A stretch of 64,000 bases of DNA, from assembly GCA_963681965.1 (NCBI GenBank), contig OY820579.1:224001-288000 (forward strand). The letters run 5' to 3'. Source of the DNA: a bacterium. Lineage in GTDB: Bacteria > Electryoneota > JAOADG01. Positions 49,746 to 63,959 of this stretch are shown here, piece by piece. The stretch's first letter is position 1. Every line of letters begins with the position of its first letter. A model generated the notes under the pieces. That model was not told the origin of the DNA, did not search any database, and saw nothing but the letters and a program-made list of their open reading frames with translations. The translations under genes and the position numbers were made by a program.

Positions 49746-51314
49746 TTACTTTATATACACCACTCGTTTCATCGATACGTGATTGTTAGCTGATAATCGG
49801 ACAAAATATTGTCCGGAAGATGCCGACTTCGGTTGCCATGAAACATTGTGCCAACCTGCTGTCATCTGACCTGAGTAGAGTGTCTCGAACGTTTGACCGA
49901 TCGAATTCACAACATCAATTCTGACGGATGCATCGTAGGGTACTGCCACGCGCACGGACGTTGCCGAGTTGAACGGATTGGGATAAGCGTCAAGCAGCGA
50001 AAATTCGGTGGGAATAGTGCTCGAAGAATTTGACGCGAGCGATCGTTTCAAACTGGCGGTCCGATTGGGGAATGGCATCGTATTCAAAGTATTCATCGCA
50101 TACTGAGCCATAGAATCGCTGATGATTTGTGCATTACTTGCCGATAAGGGAGTCGTCATTGCGCGAAGAATTGTGTTGACACGAGCGCGCTCACCGGACA
50201 GGATCGGATTTAAAATTGCATTCAAGTTTTGCGATAAGATCGTGGTCGAAGTTACAGTGGCAGAATCGAATAACACATTTGCTCGATTGCACAGATCTGA
50301 AGAAGATTGGTTTTCATCGGTTAATATCGACGAAACCGATTCCTGCTGTGGCCAAACCGGAACCACAGTTGTCGATAGTGGTTTTCCAAGCATAAACCAG
50401 CAGACTGGCGGGAGCCAACCGCTTGACGTTCGTTTACCACTCTGAATGAAGATTGCACTTACTGTGGTTTTCCGACAAACGCTACCGGAGAAATCGAGTA
50501 CTTTATCTTTCACCGAATAATCGTAGCGAAGTGAAGTCCATCCCTCAGGCGCGATATCGCGTGCGATCGTGAACATCGAATCGATCCGGATGTTACTTCG
50601 GCTGATCTGGTTGCTGATTAACTGCTGTGCTCGTTTACGTCGAAAAAATCCCCACTGACTATTCTCGGTCGGGGCAGGACCAGAGAGACTATAATTCGCA
50701 CGAGCGGTATAGGAATAAGAAGCATCGATCGGATAGGTCGCATAGGAAGATCGACCCGCTTCAAACACAGAAATCGATCCCGTCGAATCGAAAGCGATAT
50801 AGTTGCATGGCACAACTCGACCACCACCGGCGGTATTCGTGGAATCAAGAATACGACGGAATTGTCGAACTGTCGTACAAGTCTTCAGAGCCAGAGTTTG
50901 AATTCGACCATCGTCGTCGTATCCGGTATTACCCGTACCGATATTGTTGGAGTTGCTGTTGATGATGGCAAAGCCTGCTTCATTCACGCCACCATAAACG
51001 ATATCGCCATCATCGCCATATCCGATGCCGACATATTTCATCCCATTGAGACCGCGACCCTGATGAACAACTTGATTTCGGTCCGAAACATCGCGATTCT
51101 TCCACAAGTGAATTCTTCCATCGGTCGTTTGTTCGGGACGGATAACGGCAATCGTGCACTCCAAGCGAGGTTGCGGTAGTTGTCCGTGCAACAATAATGT
51201 CGCAGCTAATGGAATAATTAGAGCAATTCCAGTAATCATCTTTAGAGGTTTTCGGAAATTGGTCGATTGAGCCATGGGCTGCCTCGCTATATTGTTTTGA
51301 GAAAATTTTCTCAA
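49746..51314 (-). CDS. Ntn-hydrolase (peptidase C45/acyltransferase-like) with T9SS-type CTD (start uncertain)
   Basis: Nucleophile ECTIAVI...DGR..LWKNRD, GVNEAGFAIINS, RANYS; YPNPFN CTD. Confidence 0.8.
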   Translation of the reverse strand: MRKFSQNNIARQPMAQSTNFRKPLKMITGIALIIPLAATLLLHGQLPQPRLECTIAVIRPEQTTDGRIHLWKNRDVSDRNQVVHQGRGLNGMKYVGIGYGDDGDIVYGGVNEAGFAIINSNSNNIGTGNTGYDDDGRIQTLALKTCTTVRQFRRILDSTNTAGGGRVVPCNYIAFDSTGSISVFEAGRSSYATYPIDASYSYTARANYSLSGPAPTENSQWGFFRRKRAQQLISNQISRSNIRIDSMFTIARDIAPEGWTSLRYDYSVKDKVLDFSGSVCRKTTVSAIFIQSGKRTSSGWLPPVCWFMLGKPLSTTVVPVWPQQESVSSILTDENQSSSDLCNRANVLFDSATVTSTTILSQNLNAILNPILSGERARVNTILRAMTTPLSASNAQIISDSMAQYAMNTLNTMPFPNRTASLKRSLASNSSSTIPTEFSLLDAYPNPFNSATSVRVAVPYDASVRIDVVNSIGQTFETLYSGQMTAGWHNVSWQPKSASSGQYFVRLSANNHVSMKRVVYIK

Positions 51315-51764
51315 TCTGATGGAATAAAATAACCAAGGTTTATCCTATCGCACGTGTTTCACATCACATTCATTAATGAAATTGCCTATTTAAAGCTATT
51401 GTGCACAGATCACACCATAAAAGCTCATCCTAAATATTCATAAACGAGAGCTATGCTTTCGTTTATGAATAACGTAATCTCGATAAAAAATTCGCTAGTA
51501 TTATCTGGATTGTTGGTAATTGAGCAGCAATGCCTTTGATATCTTGCATATCTACTTTATTTATTGTGCTTTAACTAAAAACAGTAAACTCGAACCAAAC
51601 AAACGATACCACATATTCAGTCAGTACCGGTATTTTTACTTTCAAGACAAGCAGGTTAAATACTTTTCCGATTCGGTTTTACATACTTCCATCTTGTACT
51701 ATTTTCTCGAAGAGGTATTCGAGGTTAGAGATACCGCCTGAAGAATCGTGATGATTAGAGTGAG

Positions 51765-53111
51765 GTGAAGATGAGATTCGCAATAACGCTGCTCTTTGTT
51801 GTGATACTGGCAAGCAACCCAGCAATCGCATATTATGGTGCACGGTATGAACCACCCGACGGTACAATCATTCACGGTTGCGGATGGGATGGTTACAACA
51901 GCCAAGCTTATTACAACAGCATGTTTCCATCCACGCATCATCCTCTGGTTTTGCAAGCATATTTTTCCATCCCCGGCACTCGAACATCCACCGTTGCCCG
52001 ATGTATACAATCAATGACACTTTCCATCGTTCATCCCGATAGCCAATACATCGAACTTGGTGTTCATTTTACCGATGCAACGAATAGCTATCTCGACTCG
52101 GTCTTCGCATTAACCACATCGCTGGATCGCTACATCGACACACTCGCACGCGCGTTTCAACAAGTGAATCGACCCTTCTTTCTCCGGATCGGGTTCGAGT
52201 TCAACGGAGTTTGGAATCCTTACCACCCATATATCTATCCACTCGCGTTTCGAAAATTGGTAACTCAATTACGCGCACGCGGGATCAATAATTTTGCTTC
52301 GGTGTGGTGCTATGAACCCGATGCGCCAGCCGATTTCGCAGATTCATCTGCTCAAGGGTGGAAATGGTATCCCGGCGACGATGTCGTCGATTGGTTCGGT
52401 CTCGATCCATTCGATATGGATCATTTCAATCCCACTCTCCCGGATTCCTTTCGTGGAGATTTAACGAAAAAAGGACGTACGGAGCGTTTCCTGCAATTTG
52501 CCGAGCAGCGCCGCAAACCGGTTTATCTGAATGAATTATCAGCTCGGAATGTTTTTATCGTTCCAGATTCGCTCGATCAAAATCACACACAAGGTCGATC
52601 CGACTGGGAATATTGGTTCGTTCCTTTCTTTCAGTTTGTGCGGAATCATCCCAATATCAAAGGGTGGAATTATATCAATCTCGATTGGACACATTATTCT
52701 ACTTATCTGACTTGGGGCGACGCTCGATTGGAAATCAATTCATACATCCGCGAGCGGTGGATCGATTCACTCCAAACACCCAGGTTTCTCAATGCCGGGT
52801 ATGATCTTACCCGACAGGTTTCGGTTCGAGAACAGCGCGATGTGGTGCCATCGAGTTTCAATTTCTCGATTTATCCCAACCCATTTAACGCTACAACAAC
52901 AATCAATTACTCCCTCCCTTTTTCTAGTGACGTGAGACTAACATTGTTCGATATCTCCGGACGTGAAGTTTTCCATCAAACATCTCTTACCCAAACCAGT
53001 GGCGAACACCGGTTGACAATCGACGGACAGCAATTCGTTGCTGGCATGTATTTTCTTCGAATACAGGCGGGACATTTTTCCGCGACGAAAAAATTGGTCT
53101 TATTAAAATAA
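51765..53111 (+). CDS. GH26-like glycoside hydrolase with T9SS-type CTD
   Basis: LRIGFEFNGVW, WYPGDDVVDWFG, KPVYLNE, WGDAR; YPNPFN CTD. Confidence 0.8.
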   Translation: MKMRFAITLLFVVILASNPAIAYYGARYEPPDGTIIHGCGWDGYNSQAYYNSMFPSTHHPLVLQAYFSIPGTRTSTVARCIQSMTLSIVHPDSQYIELGVHFTDATNSYLDSVFALTTSLDRYIDTLARAFQQVNRPFFLRIGFEFNGVWNPYHPYIYPLAFRKLVTQLRARGINNFASVWCYEPDAPADFADSSAQGWKWYPGDDVVDWFGLDPFDMDHFNPTLPDSFRGDLTKKGRTERFLQFAEQRRKPVYLNELSARNVFIVPDSLDQNHTQGRSDWEYWFVPFFQFVRNHPNIKGWNYINLDWTHYSTYLTWGDARLEINSYIRERWIDSLQTPRFLNAGYDLTRQVSVREQRDVVPSSFNFSIYPNPFNATTTINYSLPFSSDVRLTLFDISGREVFHQTSLTQTSGEHRLTIDGQQFVAGMYFLRIQAGHFSATKKLVLLK

Positions 53112-53144
53112 AAAAAACGCCACTCACCGAAACCAGTGAGTGGC
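53110..53144 (-). terminator. Terminator between convergent genes
   Basis: A-run then GCCACTCAC...GTGAGTGGC. Confidence 0.65.
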
Positions 53145-53168
53145 AAGAAAATTTTTTAAGATGTCGAA

Positions 53169-53840
53169 TTATACTTTCGATTCTTTCGGTCGAATGTCTT
53201 CATAGAAATGTGCCATCGAGGTGTAAATGTAGGGTGACAGCCAAAGACATCCGATGAACAGTGTCAACACACATAGTATCGCCCATCCGAAGAACCGCCA
53301 ATAGAGGCAGAATAACTTCATCTTGTATCCCATCATCATTTCCTGGCTCTTCTTGAGCGCATTCATCGCACCAATTTCGGGATTGTCCGCTAGAATAAAG
53401 AACGACATGGAATAGGATAGTCCCTTGATAATTCCGGGAACGATCAGAAGCAGTGTCCACAGTATCGTGAAGAGCATCACCAACAGATAGAGTGGAAATG
53501 CGGTGGAAAACTTATCGAAGCCATCGAATATTTTCGAAACCTGGACATTTTCGTTGCGCGCTAGACCGAGGTAGACGAATACCCCTCCTAACGCCAACGG
53601 ACCGCCGATGAGTAGCGAGATAAAAAATCCGATAAACGGAATCTGACCGGTAAGGCTAAGTGCAATAAGAATCGCCGCGGCTCCCACTGCAGTACCCCAT
53701 TTACCGCGGAGCGAGTCCAGCGCTCGCGACTGTAATTCGGCGTTTAAAGTTAATCCACGAGGCAATGGTACCGGTTCGGATTTTGGTTCTTCCGTAGGGG
53801 GAGGTGGATTGATTCCAAAGGCATCGTTCTCTTCAGACAT
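53169..53840 (-). CDS. DUF975 family membrane protein
   Basis: LWTLLLIVPGIIKGLSYSM, ALKKSQEMMMGYK, IGCLWLSPY, AHFYEDI. Confidence 0.9.
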   Translation of the reverse strand: MSEENDAFGINPPPPTEEPKSEPVPLPRGLTLNAELQSRALDSLRGKWGTAVGAAAILIALSLTGQIPFIGFFISLLIGGPLALGGVFVYLGLARNENVQVSKIFDGFDKFSTAFPLYLLVMLFTILWTLLLIVPGIIKGLSYSMSFFILADNPEIGAMNALKKSQEMMMGYKMKLFCLYWRFFGWAILCVLTLFIGCLWLSPYIYTSMAHFYEDIRPKESKV

Positions 53841-54042
53841 TGGCAGCTCCAAATTAGTTGTACCGAGGTAAGGTTCGAGAGTAGATCTAGCAAAATACAA
53901 ATAAGAAAAAATGGTTCAAGATGATTAGATTGTCCGCAATATATATTGTAAGTAGCGAATAATGCAATGGGAAGAAGGGGTTTGAAGCATTTATTGAAGG
54001 CGAATTCTGAGAACGGAGTAGTGGAAATCATGGCAATGAAAT

Positions 54043-54069
54043 GAAACAGGCGGGCATTACACCCGCCTG
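54043..54069 (-). terminator. Probable terminator
   Basis: CAGGCGGG-N7-CCCGCCTG. Confidence 0.55.
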
Positions 54070-54092
54070 CATCCGTTCGCTATTCTTTCGAT

Positions 54093-55214
54093 TTACTTCG
54101 TCAAAACCATCTTCTTAGTGGTAGTGAATCCCTTTGTTGAAAGTGTGTAATAATATGTTCCCGATGGAAGGGTACTGGCATTAAACGCAATTCGATAATT
54201 ATTTGGGGTCTGATACCCATTCACCAATGTTTGCACCTGCCTCCCCAAGGCATCGAAGATAGTCAAACGAACATCTCCGGCTTTCGAGATACCGTAGGTG
54301 ATATCGGTACTCGGATTAAACGGATTCGGGAAATTCTGTGCGAGGGCATATTTCGTTGGGATCGGTCCGCCAAGCGCATTGGCGGATGGAATCGCCATCA
54401 CTACTGACGGATACAGCTTTTCTACACCATCCATTGCGACATCGGCAATACGATAATAATAGGTACGACCATTCTGTACGCGAGTGTCGGTATACTGGTA
54501 GGATTTACCGGTGGCGCTGTTTCCGCAACCATCAATCCGGGCGAACACTTCGCCGGGTTGCCCCTCCTGGGTTGAGCGATAGAGATTGAAATGAGAATTA
54601 TTGGTCTCCGATTCGGTTTTCCAATTCAATGTCACTTGTTTATCACCACCAAACGCAACAAACGACGTCATCTCGACAGGCAGTACGGAACCGTTATTAA
54701 TCTCAATCTCTACAGAATTAATCCAACAGGTACCGTTATCCCAATATTCAGCCGAATATCCCCAATCGCCACCCGACATCAGCCCATTGAATTGCGCCAA
54801 CTCATTAAATCCGGTATTGAAGGTTCCATTATACGGTCCAGTTCCATCATAAATGGAAACAACTGCAGTTTCATCAAAGACCGTATTGGAAAAATTCGAT
54901 CCGGATAGGGTGCCATTGCGCCAATGAGCAAAATTCGCTCGGGCAGTACCTCCGGGATCCATGATAAAAGTTCCAAACCGGCTGTTATCGGGACAGGTTA
55001 CATCGATGCGGACGCGAACGCTGGTAATGACTACATTTTGTGCGACGTTGACCCCAAATCCGATAAAACCTCCCATCATAGAACTCCCGTTCAGTTGAAT
55101 CGGGGGTCCATAATATCCGCCTGAAGCAACGAATGGCTGGGCTGCCAATAATGAGGCAAACGTAAGAATCGAAACTACCGCTAATAAAGTTCTTAAACCT
55201 GTACCAATCTTCAT
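54093..55214 (-). CDS. P-domain (proprotein-convertase-like) secreted protein with LPVE domain and T9SS-type CTD
   Basis: GSNFSNTVFDE.A...GPYNGTF..LAQFNG...GDW; LPVEMTSF..W.TESETNNSHFNLYRS; FPNPFNP. Confidence 0.75.
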   Translation of the reverse strand: MKIGTGLRTLLAVVSILTFASLLAAQPFVASGGYYGPPIQLNGSSMMGGFIGFGVNVAQNVVITSVRVRIDVTCPDNSRFGTFIMDPGGTARANFAHWRNGTLSGSNFSNTVFDETAVVSIYDGTGPYNGTFNTGFNELAQFNGLMSGGDWGYSAEYWDNGTCWINSVEIEINNGSVLPVEMTSFVAFGGDKQVTLNWKTESETNNSHFNLYRSTQEGQPGEVFARIDGCGNSATGKSYQYTDTRVQNGRTYYYRIADVAMDGVEKLYPSVVMAIPSANALGGPIPTKYALAQNFPNPFNPSTDITYGISKAGDVRLTIFDALGRQVQTLVNGYQTPNNYRIAFNASTLPSGTYYYTLSTKGFTTTKKMVLTK

Positions 55215-55522
55215 GATACTCCCTTTCTTGAATTAGATTGACAATACCTGGTTGCGTGCTATTTGTTAAAAGGAAAAACCAGCTCGCTGAAAGTCTGGAT
55301 GTGAAGAAAGTAGCAAATATTGGTTTACGAATCGAGATCGCGATAACCAACAAATCATTTTTATCGTTTAAAAAATAAATCACTTCGCTATAAAATATTT
55401 TCGCGAATTTCAAAACGAAGGCGTTGGCGGGTCGTTTTTGAATTCTGAGCCATTGGAGAAAATGATCTGATCTGATCGCAGGATTTGAGGAGCTGAACCA
55501 ACCGAATGGAGCATAGACAGCA

Positions 55523-56095
55523 CTACAATATCTCGACACGTCCGTTTTCGAGACGGTAGATCGTTCCAACGATCTGTACTGATTTAGATCGGCAAAACGG
55601 ATGAATGACCGGAGATTGGCTGATATGCTCACGTGATGCCAGTATATTCGCACGTATCGCATCAATCGTTGCCATTGCCGGGTCTTTCGGCAGGTGGATG
55701 TTCGAGCGGATCGTTTGATAAATCGGTTTGAGATGTGTGTCGGGAGTTTTTGAGCCCAGCGCATTCATCACTGCAGCACAACCGGTATGTCCCATGACAA
55801 TCACCAGTTGGACCTTAAGCGCAGTGAGCGCGAATTCGATACTCCTCAAAACAAATTCATCGACCAGATTGCCCGCATTGCGGATGACAAACAGATCGCC
55901 GAGCCCTTGATCGAAGACGATCTCCGGAGAGATGCGCGAATCGGAGCAAGTCAGGATCGCTGCGACCGGCTGCTGTTCGTCAATCAACGTGGTTCGGTAA
56001 TCTGGTTCGCGATGCGGATTCAGCGATTTCCCGGAGGCAAACCGACGGTTGCCATCGATGAGTTGCGCGAGAGCGTGCTACGAAGATTTGGAAAT
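55523..56095 (-). pseudogene. Beta-class carbonic anhydrase with an ATT start and an in-frame TAG at codon 6
   Basis: CSDSR, FDQGLGDLFVIRNAGN, GHTGC. Conserved ALAQLIDGNRRF lies upstream in frame, preceded by TAG (56078-56080) and GGAG-AAAAAC-ATT. Confidence 0.65.
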
Positions 56096-56258
56096 GTTTT
56101 TCTCCGATTCGTTTTACAAGAAGTACGAGTAAAGGAATATTCGACTAACAATCAAAGATATTCAAGAGTGCGGGGTTGGTTCAAGGGGAAAGAAGTGGGA
56201 TGTGTTCAGGGCGTCGCGCATTACTTGATTGCTTAAGATGTCATAGTTGAGGATGATT

Positions 56259-56594
56259 TTATTTATAATCAGTTAGAACCATGTTAATTTGCCGTTTCAA
56301 TTCAGGTAGATCACGCGACACTACGGTCCAAATTTCGGTCAAATCAATGTTGTAGTATACATGAACAAGCAAGTTTCGCATCGCAATAATCTGACGCCAA
56401 GGTATCTCCGGGTGGTCGGTTAATACCTCCGGATTAAGCTTCGCTATTGCTTCGCCTGTTTGTTGCAAATAATGAACGATCCAAGTCTGAATTAATTCGT
56501 CGCTTTCGAACCGCTCTTTCCCAAATGAACTGTACTTTTCGATTCGGTCGATCGCTTCGAGAATATCGACCAGCCGCTGTCGATCGTCTCTCAT
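56259..56594 (-). CDS. HepT-like HEPN RNase toxin (DUF86)
   Basis: GEA, PEIPWRQI, RNLLVHVY (Rx4HxY), IWTVV..DLPEL. Confidence 0.9.
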   Translation of the reverse strand: MRDDRQRLVDILEAIDRIEKYSSFGKERFESDELIQTWIVHYLQQTGEAIAKLNPEVLTDHPEIPWRQIIAMRNLLVHVYYNIDLTEIWTVVSRDLPELKRQINMVLTDYK

Positions 56595-56881
56595 AGCGGA
56601 ATTGCCTCAGTTAGCGCACGGGGCTTGATATAATCTTTGAGAATTCGATCCGTAGCAACATCGACTTTCCGGCACAATAGATCCTCGAGTTCGACAATTA
56701 ACGAAGCATGATCCAGTAATGAAGTTTCTGGAGTCAGATCGACCAGAAAATCAATATCGCTGTCTTCGCGATCATCTCCTCGAGCGACCGAGCCGAAGAT
56801 CTTAATATTACTCGCACCATATTTAGACGCAATGCGGTAAATTTCATCGCGTTTAGAGCGAAGTACGTCTAACGTTGTCAT
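56591..56881 (-). CDS. MntA-like minimal nucleotidyltransferase antitoxin
   Basis: FGSVARGDDREDSDIDFLV (GS-x10-DxD); 4-bp overlap with the toxin gene. Confidence 0.9.
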   Translation of the reverse strand: MTTLDVLRSKRDEIYRIASKYGASNIKIFGSVARGDDREDSDIDFLVDLTPETSLLDHASLIVELEDLLCRKVDVATDRILKDYIKPRALTEAIPL

Positions 56882-57120
56882 GGGTTCCTCCGATGATGAA
56901 AGATACGCTCTTTGAATTCGAAATTAAACCCCATACTGATTAAGGTCGAAAAAATTCAAATTGAACACTCGCTTCAATCAAACCGGTTCAGGCGCTAGCA
57001 GTAGTACTAAGTTTTTTATTATTAAATCAAGAAAAGTAAGCGTATAAACATTCAATTTGCTATTCTGAATATTTCAATCTAACTTTAACCTGCAGAATGA
57101 AAGCCTAACAGGTATTACTG

Positions 57121-57858
57121 ATGAATTTAAAAGAAGCACGGATTATCCTTGGTGTTGATGAAAGTTCTTCTCTCGAAGAAGTTAAGGTTGCCTACCACAA
57201 TGAAGCTCAACTGATTCATCCAGATAAACACCAACAATCTTCTGAAAATATTAGAAAACATGCTGAATCAAAATTCAAATCATTACTAGAAGCATATAAT
57301 ATTATAGTACAAGATCTATTATCACATCAACATCAGAATCCATATACCAATCAAAATTCAGAATTTTCTACACACGAGTACACAAAAGAAACCTCTTCGA
57401 CTGCAGTAAATTATACTGTCAGTGATGCCGTTATTGTTTTTCGTTCAATTGGTGATGTGCTCGATTTTCGAAGACGTAATCCTGTGGCTTTTGATGCAGA
57501 CATCGTTTTGCACCCAATAATAGTAAGAGGAAAAATTAGTGACATTGATGATGTCCCGAATGGGTATCGCGTGATTCTGAACGAAATGTTAGGATTTGAA
57601 ACAAACAAATGTACCTGCTACTTTCATCAAAATAAGGAAACTCAAGTTAAGAATCTCGATGTGAGTAACAAAGTACGAATCATAGGATTACTGAACAAAC
57701 CATTGGATTATTCAGATATTATATTAACCAATTGTATAGTAAATTTTGGTTACATATCGTCAAAAACTATCGCACCCACTACTAAGGGAAGACGGATTCT
57801 TGTACAATTGTTTTTTGCTTTAATCTTTGCATCCATTTATTATAGATTTTGCAGATAA
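57121..57858 (+). CDS. J-domain protein with a putative OB-like domain and a C-terminal TM
   Basis: ILGV...VKVAY..HPDKH..F..L.EAY; AT-rich; hydrophobic C-terminus. Confidence 0.75.
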   Translation: MNLKEARIILGVDESSSLEEVKVAYHNEAQLIHPDKHQQSSENIRKHAESKFKSLLEAYNIIVQDLLSHQHQNPYTNQNSEFSTHEYTKETSSTAVNYTVSDAVIVFRSIGDVLDFRRRNPVAFDADIVLHPIIVRGKISDIDDVPNGYRVILNEMLGFETNKCTCYFHQNKETQVKNLDVSNKVRIIGLLNKPLDYSDIILTNCIVNFGYISSKTIAPTTKGRRILVQLFFALIFASIYYRFCR

Positions 57859-58391
57859 TAAAGTGTTTATTATATTATTTAATATTATTATTCACCAATT
57901 ATTGTGCTAATTTTTTGAACTTATGCTCCAAGATTGTTTTTTATTGATTCTCAGTTCTATCCACAAATTGCAACTTCACGACATTCTCGAGCTAGGCATA
58001 AACCTCCAAGATGATATCAATCTTCGCTTGACTGAGGGCGTAAACCGCAAACAAAACCCTCGCATCCATCCCATCTTATATCGATCTCTGCTACCTAGCC
58101 TCACGGCATTCCATCATTCCTATTCACATCGTAAACGAATCGCAAATTTCGTTTTGTGTTATAACGGTGGTTATAACATCGTTATAACGAAAACCCCTCC
58201 ACGTGAATTAATTCACATCTTAATGCATTGTTTCTTCGTTCAGCCATTTTCCTAAACATCGATTCTTCGTTCACCTCTCTCGATTCATGCGTTTCAACCC
58301 CGAAATCCGGAATCCGCGCAGATTCCTCCTTCCCACGATTTTGCCCCCGCAATCCCCGCATTGTCAACACCCAAACCACGACCTAAATATC

Positions 58392-58433
58392 AAAAACCCC
58401 CCGCACTCGCTTGAGTACGGGGGGCTAAAAAAA
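58392..58433 (-). terminator. rRNA operon terminator
   Basis: AAAAACCCCCCG...CGGGGGG directly after 5S. Confidence 0.75.
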
Positions 58434-58436
58434 GAA

Positions 58437-58555
58437 TGCCGGCGACTACCTACTCTCCCACACCCTTATCAAGTGCAGTACCATCGGCGCAACTGGTCTT
58501 AACTGCTCTGTTCGGAATGGGAAGAGGTGTTGCCCCAGCGCTATGGTCGCCGGCA
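58437..58555 (-). rRNA. rrf: 5S rRNA
   Basis: Reverse complement contains CCCATTCCGAAC, CGATGGTACTG and GGGAGAGTAGGT; terminal stem TGCCGGCGA. Confidence 0.95.
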
Positions 58556-58816
58556 AAATGCCGTGGGACGCGAAGTTTCGGGTCGCGATCGGAACTTTCG
58601 CTCTACGACCGCAGCCTTCCACTCATGTCCAGATGTCAAACGCAGCTCACGCTGCTCAATGCAGAAGGGTACAACTAGTGTACCCCGCGTGTCTTCTGAC
58701 TCACCACGAAGGTAATCAGCGCACACTTAGGAAACAAATTCGTTATGGCAAGGGTATGGGTTCTTGTTAGCAGCACGTCAAGGATCTCTTATGGATCCAT
58801 GGCGACCAAAAAAAGA

Positions 58817-61792
<2,976 letters not shown>

Positions 61793-62108
61793 AAAAGTCT
61801 TTTTTTATCGACACAGATCCATAGGGGATCCTTTCGGTGCTGTTATCAAGATGCCATACCCTTGCGATACGAATTGTCAAAGATCCGGTCCATGATAGGT
61901 ATTAGGTTTTAGGTGTTGGGGGATGGATACAAAAACCACTAGCCAACAAAAGCTAACCCTGATGAATGGACTGTGTCCCTGGAGTGGCGAATGGGCATCG
62001 TCGCAAAGCAGAACGTCCCGCCGCACTCGATTATCACTCACAAAGACCATCTAAAGAACTTGTTAAGAAAATTATCGCAGACACGAAGTCTGCGTAGTTT
62101 TCTATCCG

Positions 62109-62181
62109 TGGAGATTACCGGGTTCGAACCGGTGACCTCCTGGTTGCAAACCAGGCGCTCTCCCAACTGAGCTAAATCCCC
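62109..62181 (-). tRNA. tRNA-Ala(TGC)
   Basis: GGGGATTTAGCTCAGTTGGGAGAGCGCCTGGTTTGCAACCAGGAGGTCACCGGTTCGAACCCGGTAATCTCCA; CCA not encoded. Confidence 0.95.
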
Positions 62182-62185
62182 CGGG

Positions 62186-62259
<74 letters not shown>

Positions 62260-62432
62260 AGAAGCCGAAGCGGGAAGCAAATAACCTTTGTCCCAATATT
62301 CGACGACATTTGCGCGGCACACAGCCAATTTTGGCAATAAAAACTTTTCGTTATCTTGTTGCAAGACTCGAATTCGATCAGATACTAATGCAGTTAGCAT
62401 ACTGCTTCTATCGAACCGGCTTGCTTTTCTCC

Positions 62433-63959
<1,527 letters not shown>

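Noticed and set aside
54985-55764. 259-aa minus-strand ORF
   Set aside because: It overlaps the carbonic anhydrase and P-domain genes in another frame and has no recognisable motifs.
56078-56080. Pyrrolysine or recoded TAG in carbonic anhydrase
   Set aside because: TAG is a normal stop for several genes here (e.g. 8287, 9334, 26972), no pyl genes are seen and the position is non-catalytic.
57923-58255. 110-aa plus-strand ORF
   Set aside because: No SD or motif, and it runs through the GTTATAAC array; likely non-coding.
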